NCBI GenBank assembly: GCA_030602985.1
Contig: JAUVYR010000001.1
Span: 1,078 to 65,077, forward strand
Direction: 5' to 3'
Length of the DNA stretch: 64,000 bases
Origin: Burkholderiales bacterium
GTDB taxonomy: Bacteria; Pseudomonadota; Gammaproteobacteria; Burkholderiales; Burkholderiaceae_C
Shown: one piece after another, positions 57,860 to 64,000 of the stretch
How the letters are laid out: the number at the start of each line of letters is the position of its first letter
How positions within the stretch are numbered: the stretch's first letter is position 1
Notes under the pieces: model-generated
Seen by the model: the letters and a program-made list of their open reading frames with translations, nothing else
What the model was told of the DNA's origin: nothing
Databases searched by the model: none
Made by a program: the position numbers and the translations under genes

Positions 57860-58512
57860 TCAAGGCGCAGCCTCCCGAAAACCGATACGGCCAACCAGGG
57901 GCAGGCGCAAGGCCGGTGTATTCAAATCCACCCCCATGTGCAAACCCAGCAGGTTGAATTCAATTCCCTCCTGCCAACCCATGCTGACGCCGAGCAGCCC
58001 CCCAGCGTGACCTGCATGCCAGAACCGGTGGGTGACAGCCCCACAGGCTGGCTCAGCGGTCGATAGTCTTTGCCGATCGCGGCTTCAATCTGATCGATCA
58101 GGCGGGCCGCAACAGGCCCCCGGTGATCCACCAGAAGTTCGGGAACGGCACCGTACCAAAGGCCGTCTGGGACGGCGTAGTTGCGTTGCACCACATCCCG
58201 GCCTCTCCAGCCAACCACCTCGTAACGGGTGTACGTCACGTCGCCAGCCCGCTTGTAGATGATCCAGGGATGCACGGCAAAGTGTCTGCGCCAGCGAAAC
58301 GCTCTCGCTGCATACACCTGAACGATGGCTTCATCGATCACGATGGCGGCATCAGGGGCCAGTCCGGAGGAATGCCGTGGAGCGGTGCGCCAGTCGGTAT
58401 AAACGATACGGGCATTGCCCGACTCGCTGGCAGCCGGACCGCGCATCACGCATGATGTGAGGGTGACGCAAGCCAGCACAAGTCCGATAACAGAACCTCT
58501 GTAAATGGCCAT
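57860..58512 (-). pseudogene. DUF3750-family protein with an apparent frameshift in a G6 (C6 on +) run
   Basis: N-terminal 170 aa are family-like (VQVYAARAFRWRRHFAVHPWIIYK...YTRYEVVGW). After 57998-58003 the annotated frame becomes Cys/Trp-rich junk. The other frame reads LLGVSMGWQEGIEFNLLGLHMGVDLNTPALRLPLVGRIGF down to the stop at 57860. Confidence 0.6.
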
Positions 58513-58576
58513 GCACCGGATTGTGGCCCAGTCCTCATCCCCCCTGCTGGGGGTCAAGTGACAAGGTTTTCATTGT

Positions 58577-59305
58577 ATGACTCCTCTCAAGACGCCCCTC
58601 ATCGATGTTGCACAACTGCACTTGGATTACCCCATGGGCCATGAGCGCGTCGCTGTGCTTAAAGGGTTGGACCTACAGGTTCATGCTGGGACGACGGTTG
58701 CCATCTGTGGGCCGTCGGGTTCGGGCAAAACCTCATTGATGTTGGTTTTATCCGGCCTGGAAAGGCCCAGTGACGGGCGCGTGTGTGTGAATGGTGTGGA
58801 CCTGGGTGCGCTGGACGCCGACGCACTGGCCGATTTGCGACGTGACCGCATGGGGATTGTGTTTCAGAGCTTTCACCTCTTGCCCAGCCTGACTGCGCTG
58901 GACAACGTGGCGCTGCCTCTGCAGATGGCGGGGGTGCGCGATGCGCGAATCGCGGCCACGGCCATGCTGGAGCGTGTCGGTTTGGGTGGACGAATGGACC
59001 ACCGGCCAGCCCAGTTGTCTGGGGGTGAACAGCAACGGGTGGCCATTGCCCGAGCGCTGGTGCACCGCCCACCCTTGTTACTCGCTGACGAGCCCACGGG
59101 TAATCTGGATGACCATACGGGCGAGGCCGTGCGGCACCTGCTGTTCGAACTCAATCGCGAAATGGGCACCACCATGGTTCTCATCACCCACGACGCTGCC
59201 TTTGCCGCCCGTTGTGACCGCACACTGCGGTTGCATGAAGGTGTGCTGGTGGAGGCGTCATCTGCCGTGGCGACGTCGGAGGCTGACCATGCGCTTTCTC
59301 ATTGA
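58577..59305 (+). CDS. ABC transporter ATP-binding protein (YbbA/LolD-like)
   Basis: GPSGSGKTS, LSGGEQQRVAIARAL, LLLADEPTGNLD. Confidence 0.92.
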   Translation: MTPLKTPLIDVAQLHLDYPMGHERVAVLKGLDLQVHAGTTVAICGPSGSGKTSLMLVLSGLERPSDGRVCVNGVDLGALDADALADLRRDRMGIVFQSFHLLPSLTALDNVALPLQMAGVRDARIAATAMLERVGLGGRMDHRPAQLSGGEQQRVAIARALVHRPPLLLADEPTGNLDDHTGEAVRHLLFELNREMGTTMVLITHDAAFAARCDRTLRLHEGVLVEASSAVATSEADHALSH

Positions 59306-61793
59306 TCTCGCGTGGCGCGATTTGCGCGCGAGCGGTCACCGCTTGTGGATCTTCTGTGCCTGCCTGATGCTGGGTGTCACCCTGGTGGCGGCTGGGGGAG
59401 GCCTTTACCGCCAGGTGGCCGACGCCCTGACCAACGATGCCCGCCAGATGTTTGGTGGCGATGTCGAGGTGGAAAGCACCGAACCCTTGCCCCCCGAGGT
59501 GCTGCAGTGGATGACCGACCGCGGCACCGTCTCACGCACCATCGAGTTGCGCACCATGCTGCGCACCGAGTCTGGCCGGGCGCAGCTGATCGAGCTGGTC
59601 AGTGCCGACGACGCCTACCCGCTCCTGGGCGTGGTGGAGTTGAACCCTCCGCTGGTGCTCCATGCCGCGCTGGAGATGAAAGACGGCGTCTGGGGGGTGG
59701 CCATCGACCGCGCACTGTCCACCCGCCTGGCGTTGCAGCCCGGTGATCGGGTGCAGGTAGGCGATGTGGACTTTGAGGTCAGAGCGGTCATCGTGCGCCA
59801 GCCCGATCGCAGCCTGCGCGCGGACTGGGGGGCGTCGCCCGTGCTGGTGGCGGAGGCTGGCATGATGGCCACCGGCCTGATCCAGCCCTTCAGCCGGGTC
59901 GAATACCGGTATCGCGTCCTGACGGAGACCCCGGCTGCGCGCTGGCGCGATGACTGGGTGGCCGCCTTTTCCCATGTGCCGGCCGAGCCCAGTAGCTTTG
60001 ACCAGCGCAGCGACCGCATGGCTGAAGTGCTCGGTCAGATTGCGTCCGGTTTGTTGCTGATCGGGTTTTCCGCGCTGTTCATCGGCGGTATCGGGGTTTT
60101 CAACAGCGTTCAGGCCTATCTTCAATCCAAGCTCACGGGGTTCGCCACCCTTCGGGCGCTGGGGATGCGTGATGGACGACTGGCCGCCATGGTCCTGATG
60201 CAGATAGGGATGCTGGGGGCGCTGTCCGGGCTGGTGGGGGTGTCGATCGGTCTGGGGCTGGCGTGGCTGGCGGCCTACCTGGCCGCCGGGCAGCTGCCCA
60301 TGACGCTGATGCTCAGCAGCTTGTGGGCTCCCGCCCTCGTCGCCTGGTTGTTTGGCCTGTTGACGGCATTGGTGTTTTCGCTGCCGCCACTCGCGAAAGC
60401 GCTGTCCGTGACGCCGGCTGTGCTATTCCGGGGGGAGGCTTCGCAAGCGCTGGTCACTCCCCGGCGTGCGCAAATCTGGACAGCCGGTTTGGGTGCGCTG
60501 ATGCTGATCCTGCTGGTCGGGGTGTTGCCCGATCCCCGCTTCGGTCTGGCCTTTGTGGCGGCCACGGTGGCAGTGATCGGATTGCTTCAAGGGGTGACCC
60601 ATGGAGTCAGACGTTTGGCTGCCCGTCTGCAGGCACGCCCGGGTTGGCCGCTCTCGCTTCAGCTGGCCCTGGCGGGTCTCCAGCAGACCCAATCGCCGTT
60701 GCGCACCGCGTTGCTCTCGCTGGGCTCGGCCCTGACCGTGCTCGTGGCTTGCACGCTGGTCGTGGCCACTCTGTTGCGCACGGTCAACGAAACCGTCCCC
60801 CTGAATGCGCCCGCCCTGGTTTTCTATGACGTACAGACCGAGCAGTTGCCTCTGCTGCGCGAGACGCTGGGTGAGACGTCCGGTCTGGAGTCCGTTCGCA
60901 CGGCCCCGTTTGTCCTGGGGCGTCTGGTCGCGGTGAATGGCAACGATCTGCGTGTAAGCGGCGACAGCGATCGTGCCTTGGCCGCCAGGGATGAACACAA
61001 GTTCAGCGATCGATCGGGCAATTTTGACGACGTGGTGGTGGATCGGGGCGCCTGGTGGCCGGACGGTCATTCGGGTCCTCCGCTCGTGGCCATGGAAGAC
61101 CGCGAGGCGGACGACCTGGGTTTGCAGGTCGGTGACCGCCTGACCTTCGAGATCCTCGGCCAGCCCGTGGAAGCCACGCTCAGCGCCATCTACAGTCAAC
61201 GGCGTTTGCAGTCGCGCCTATGGCTGGAAGCCATCTTCAGCGACGGCGTGCTGGACCCGTTCATCACGCGTCATGTCGGGGCGGCCTGGATGCCGGTGGA
61301 TGAAACGCTGGCCGCACAGGACCGTCTGGCGGCCGTCGCTCCCAATATCGCCACCGTGCGCACGGAATCGATGCTGCAGGAAACCCGCCGTCTGATGGCG
61401 CGCGCCACCACCGGGCTGGTGGTGGTGGCTGGCGTCTGCCTGGCCGCGAGTCTGCTGGTACTGGCCAGCGTGGTGGCTGCCAGCCGGACACGGCAGATTT
61501 ACGACGCCACTGTCATGCACGCACTGGGCGCCCGGCACTCGTTGTTGCGCGCGGTCCTGATCTGGGAGTACACCTTGCTGGCGATCCTGACGGCCGGCCT
61601 GGGGCTGCTGGCTGGCAGTGTCTTGGCGGCCGGACTCATGGGGTGGCGACTCGATCTGGACCCCTCAGGGTTGTACTGGACGGGTGCCGCCACCGCGTTC
61701 AGCGTCAGCGTGGTCAGCCTGGGGCTGGGCGCCCGATACCTGCTGGCGCGCATGCAGCTGAATCCGGCCAGTCTGCTTCGCACCGGTGGATGA
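59289..61793 (+). CDS. FtsX-family ABC transporter permease (YbbP-like, duplicated FtsX domains)
   Basis: MRFLIDLAWRDLRASGHRLWIF, about 830 aa with two 4-TM FtsX modules. Start at ATG 59289, overlapping the ATPase stop. The ORF-track start at 58941 lies inside the ATPase gene. Confidence 0.88.
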   Translation: MRFLIDLAWRDLRASGHRLWIFCACLMLGVTLVAAGGGLYRQVADALTNDARQMFGGDVEVESTEPLPPEVLQWMTDRGTVSRTIELRTMLRTESGRAQLIELVSADDAYPLLGVVELNPPLVLHAALEMKDGVWGVAIDRALSTRLALQPGDRVQVGDVDFEVRAVIVRQPDRSLRADWGASPVLVAEAGMMATGLIQPFSRVEYRYRVLTETPAARWRDDWVAAFSHVPAEPSSFDQRSDRMAEVLGQIASGLLLIGFSALFIGGIGVFNSVQAYLQSKLTGFATLRALGMRDGRLAAMVLMQIGMLGALSGLVGVSIGLGLAWLAAYLAAGQLPMTLMLSSLWAPALVAWLFGLLTALVFSLPPLAKALSVTPAVLFRGEASQALVTPRRAQIWTAGLGALMLILLVGVLPDPRFGLAFVAATVAVIGLLQGVTHGVRRLAARLQARPGWPLSLQLALAGLQQTQSPLRTALLSLGSALTVLVACTLVVATLLRTVNETVPLNAPALVFYDVQTEQLPLLRETLGETSGLESVRTAPFVLGRLVAVNGNDLRVSGDSDRALAARDEHKFSDRSGNFDDVVVDRGAWWPDGHSGPPLVAMEDREADDLGLQVGDRLTFEILGQPVEATLSAIYSQRRLQSRLWLEAIFSDGVLDPFITRHVGAAWMPVDETLAAQDRLAAVAPNIATVRTESMLQETRRLMARATTGLVVVAGVCLAASLLVLASVVAASRTRQIYDATVMHALGARHSLLRAVLIWEYTLLAILTAGLGLLAGSVLAAGLMGWRLDLDPSGLYWTGAATAFSVSVVSLGLGARYLLARMQLNPASLLRTGG

Positions 61794-61845
61794 CGTACCA
61801 TTTCGGCTTTGCCACTCGGCCTCCAGCTGAAATCAACGGAACACC

Positions 61846-62796
61846 ATGATCGACGTCACCCTCGCCAATTTTGAATCCGAAGTCATCGAGGCTTCCCAGG
61901 CCGTGCCAGTGCTGGTCGATTTCTGGGCACCCTGGTGCGGCCCTTGCAAGTCGCTGGGCCCGGTGCTGGAAAAGGTCGAGTCCGCATATGCGGGGCGGTT
62001 CAAGCTGGTCAAGATCAATTCCGACGAGGAGCAGCAGCTCGCTGCGGCGTTCGGCATCCGCAGCATTCCCACTTGTGTGCTGATGGTGGGGGGACAGCCG
62101 GTGGACGGCTTCATGGGTGCTTTGCCTGAGGGGCAGGTCAAGGCCTTCCTGGACAAGCATCTCCCCCCGGCCGATGCCGCCCCCGACATGCCCGAGCTGG
62201 AGGCGGATGGCGAGGAGGCTCAAGAAGCCGGCGACTTCCTCGACCAACTGGCTGGGCGATTGGCCAAAGAGCCGGGCAACAACGACGTGCGCTTCGAGTA
62301 TGTGAAGCATCTCATCAGCGCCGGGCACTTTGAAGAGGCTGAAGTCGCGTTGGCTCCAGCCCTGGCGCAGATCCCTTTGCAACTGCGTTTTGAAGCACTC
62401 GCCCACTGGCTCAACGCCCTGCTGTTCACCGCCAACGACCCGCGTGGCCAGTGGAGCCTGGCGCAGTTCGACGACGCGATTCAGCAGAACAAGCGCGACT
62501 TCGACACCCGCTACGCCAAAAGCCGGGTGCTGATCGCGATGGGTGAATGGCCGGCCGCGCTGGAAGAACTGCTGGAAATCATCATGCGCGACAAGCACTG
62601 GGCCGACGAAGCCCCGCGCAAGACCTACATCGGCCTGCTGGAGCTGATGACGCCGCCTGCGCCCAAGGCCGAAGCGGGTGCGGGCGCCGGGGCGCAAGGG
62701 GGCATTCAGCTCGCGGGCAACACCACGGTGAAAGAAGACCCTCAGCGCGAGATGGTATCTCGCTACCGCCGCAAGCTGAGCATGGCGTTGAACTGA
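61846..62796 (+). CDS. Thioredoxin-domain protein with C-terminal TPR region (YbbN/CnoX type)
   Basis: VLVDFWAPWCGPCKSLGPVLEKV followed by a roughly 200-aa helical repeat tail. Confidence 0.88.
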   Translation: MIDVTLANFESEVIEASQAVPVLVDFWAPWCGPCKSLGPVLEKVESAYAGRFKLVKINSDEEQQLAAAFGIRSIPTCVLMVGGQPVDGFMGALPEGQVKAFLDKHLPPADAAPDMPELEADGEEAQEAGDFLDQLAGRLAKEPGNNDVRFEYVKHLISAGHFEEAEVALAPALAQIPLQLRFEALAHWLNALLFTANDPRGQWSLAQFDDAIQQNKRDFDTRYAKSRVLIAMGEWPAALEELLEIIMRDKHWADEAPRKTYIGLLELMTPPAPKAEAGAGAGAQGGIQLAGNTTVKEDPQREMVSRYRRKLSMALN

Positions 62797-62851
62797 AGGC
62801 TTTTTATCAGGGATAACCCTGGGAACTTGTGGGGATTCATAACATCCTAGA

Positions 62852-62871
62852 ATTTCAGTAATTTCTGAAAT
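62852..62871. promoter_or_regulatory. Inverted repeat ATTTCAG-N6-CTGAAAT upstream of the GbsR-type regulator
   Basis: Perfect 7-bp arms in an AT-rich gap, 13 bp before the regulator's ATG. Confidence 0.3.
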
Positions 62872-62883
62872 CTGGGAAATGTC

Positions 62884-63459
62884 ATGGAAACCACACCGCT
62901 GACGCTGTCGTTCATCCACCACTTCGGTGAGATGGGCAGCCGCTGGGGCATTAACCGCACTGTCGGTCAGATCTACGCCTTGCTGTTCGTCTCGCGTCAG
63001 CCGCTGTGCGCGGATGACATTGCCGATGCGCTGCAGTTCTCCCGCTCCAATGTGAGCATGGGTCTGAAGGAGCTGCAGTCGTGGCAACTCGTGAAGTTAC
63101 GCCACTTTCCCGGCGACCGCCGCGAATTCTTCGAGGCCCCGGATGACGTCTGGGAGATCTTCCACACCCTGGCCGATCAGCGTCGCCGCCGCGAGGTGGA
63201 GCCGACGCAAAGCATGCTGCGGGTGGCCTTGTTGCAGACCCCGACCAACCCGGATGAAGTCTATGCCCAGGAGCGCATGCGCGAGATGCATGACCTCATC
63301 GAGCAACTGATGGGCTGGTTTGACGAGGTGCAAAAGCTCTCGCCCGAAACCGCCAAGCAGCTGCTTGACATGGGCACCAAGGTCACCAAGGTGCTGGAGT
63401 TGAAGGACCGCCTGACCGGCAAGTCCAGCCGCAAGAAGCCCGATCCCCAGGCCGCCTGA
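62884..63459 (+). CDS. GbsR/MarR-family transcriptional regulator
   Basis: FIHHFGEMGSRWGINRTVGQIYALLFVSRQPLCADDIADALQFSRSNVSMGLKELQSW. Confidence 0.82.
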   Translation: METTPLTLSFIHHFGEMGSRWGINRTVGQIYALLFVSRQPLCADDIADALQFSRSNVSMGLKELQSWQLVKLRHFPGDRREFFEAPDDVWEIFHTLADQRRRREVEPTQSMLRVALLQTPTNPDEVYAQERMREMHDLIEQLMGWFDEVQKLSPETAKQLLDMGTKVTKVLELKDRLTGKSSRKKPDPQAA

Positions 63460-63479
63460 TCGTTCCCCCGGAGTTCATC

Positions 63480-64000
63480 ATGGAATTCGATACCCTGCTC
63501 CTGTCCCGCATCCAGTTTGCGGTGAACATCACCTTCCACATCCTGTTTCCGACCATCACGATCGCGCTGGCCTGGTTCCTGGTGTTCTTCCGTCTGCGGT
63601 TCATCCAGACCCGTGACGTGGCCTGGGAAGAAGCCTATTATTTCTGGACCAAGATCTTCGCGCTCACCTTCGCGCTCGGGGTCGTGTCCGGCATCGTGAT
63701 GAGCTTCCAGTTCGGTACCAACTGGCCGGGCTTCATGGAACGCACGGGCAACATCTCGGGGCCCTTGCTGGGGTACGAGGTGCTGACCGCCTTTTTCCTG
63801 GAGGCCAGCTTTCTGGGCATCATGCTCTTCGGCCGTGGCCGTGTGAGTGAGCGTGTGCACATGACCGCCACGGTGCTGGTGGCCTTTGGCACCACACTGT
63901 CGGCCTTCTGGATTCTGGTGCTGAACTCATGGATGCAGACGCCCGCCGGTTACGAGATCGTCAATGGCGAATTCATTCCGGTGGACTGGCTGGCCATCAT
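63480..64000 (+). CDS. cydA: Cytochrome bd-type ubiquinol oxidase subunit I, N-terminal fragment (runs off window)
   Basis: Absent from the ORF track because no stop falls inside the window. The ATG at 63480 gives MEFDTLLLSRIQFAVNITFHILFPTITIALAW...GTNWPGFMERTGNISGPLLGYEVLTAFFLEA. Confidence 0.85.
   Translation, partial: MEFDTLLLSRIQFAVNITFHILFPTITIALAWFLVFFRLRFIQTRDVAWEEAYYFWTKIFALTFALGVVSGIVMSFQFGTNWPGFMERTGNISGPLLGYEVLTAFFLEASFLGIMLFGRGRVSERVHMTATVLVAFGTTLSAFWILVLNSWMQTPAGYEIVNGEFIPVDWLAI

Noticed and set aside
58941-59288. Upstream extension of the FtsX permease ORF, giving a 950-aa product.
   Set aside because: The extension lies in an alternative frame of the ABC ATPase gene. The ATG at 59289 (MRFLIDLAWRDL) with a 17-bp overlap is the typical family N-terminus.
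61714-63087. 457-aa minus-strand ORF spanning the thioredoxin gene and the start of the GbsR-type gene.
   Set aside because: It crosses an intergenic gap and two well-supported plus-strand genes. The composition is antisense-like and no motif is present.
1-64000. Mobile elements, prophage, defence islands, CRISPR arrays, tRNA/rRNA genes.
   Set aside because: I recognised no transposase, integrase, recombinase, restriction, Cas or phage-like translation on either strand. Composition is uniform apart from short regulatory gaps, and no cloverleaf-like or rRNA-like sequence occurs in the few intergenic regions.

Overview
High-GC (roughly 60-65% by eye) proteobacterial chromosome, with gene content and order that look betaproteobacterial (Burkholderiales-like). 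This is densely packed core genome, not an accessory island. I see no transposase, integrase, phage gene, CRISPR array, tRNA or rRNA. Gene blocks in order: argS 3' end, SPOR protein, dsbA, lptA-lptB-rpoN, a THUMP RNA methyltransferase coupled to an orphan PIN gene, flhDC, and a PduO adenosyltransferase with a disrupted PaiB gene. Next come a PAS-GGDEF-EAL sensor and the ori-proximal partition block mnmG-rsmG-(LysE)-parA-(hydrolase)-parB-(methyltransferase), which carries four consensus parS sites. Then a Crp-family regulator with a small redox operon, and a roughly 10-kb putrescine uptake and catabolism operon (puuD-puuA-spuC-potFGHI-aldehyde dehydrogenase) with a divergent MocR regulator and puuB. 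The rest comprises a copA/copZ-cueR copper module, minCDE, two more GGDEF proteins, mscS, tsaC-purK-purE, a ygiW/PepSY/two-component module, a ybbA-ybbP-type ABC pair, a YbbN-type thioredoxin, and a GbsR-type regulator with the start of cydA. I found no convincing new multi-gene system. The items most worth follow-up are non-coding or structural. They are a stand-alone promoter-to-terminator unit predicting a ~100-nt sRNA with a CCUCCC loop (6.6 kb), an inverted pair of perfect DnaA boxes plus a third box in an AT-rich gap upstream of minC (44.5 kb), and the unusual parA-hydrolase-parB-methyltransferase operon with its parS distribution. Also notable are a 0.77-kb hairpin-rich non-coding spacer beside parS, two likely disrupted genes (amber codon in PaiB, homopolymer frameshift in DUF3750), and several operator-like repeats. 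All functional calls come from reading the translations and motifs by eye. No database search was run.
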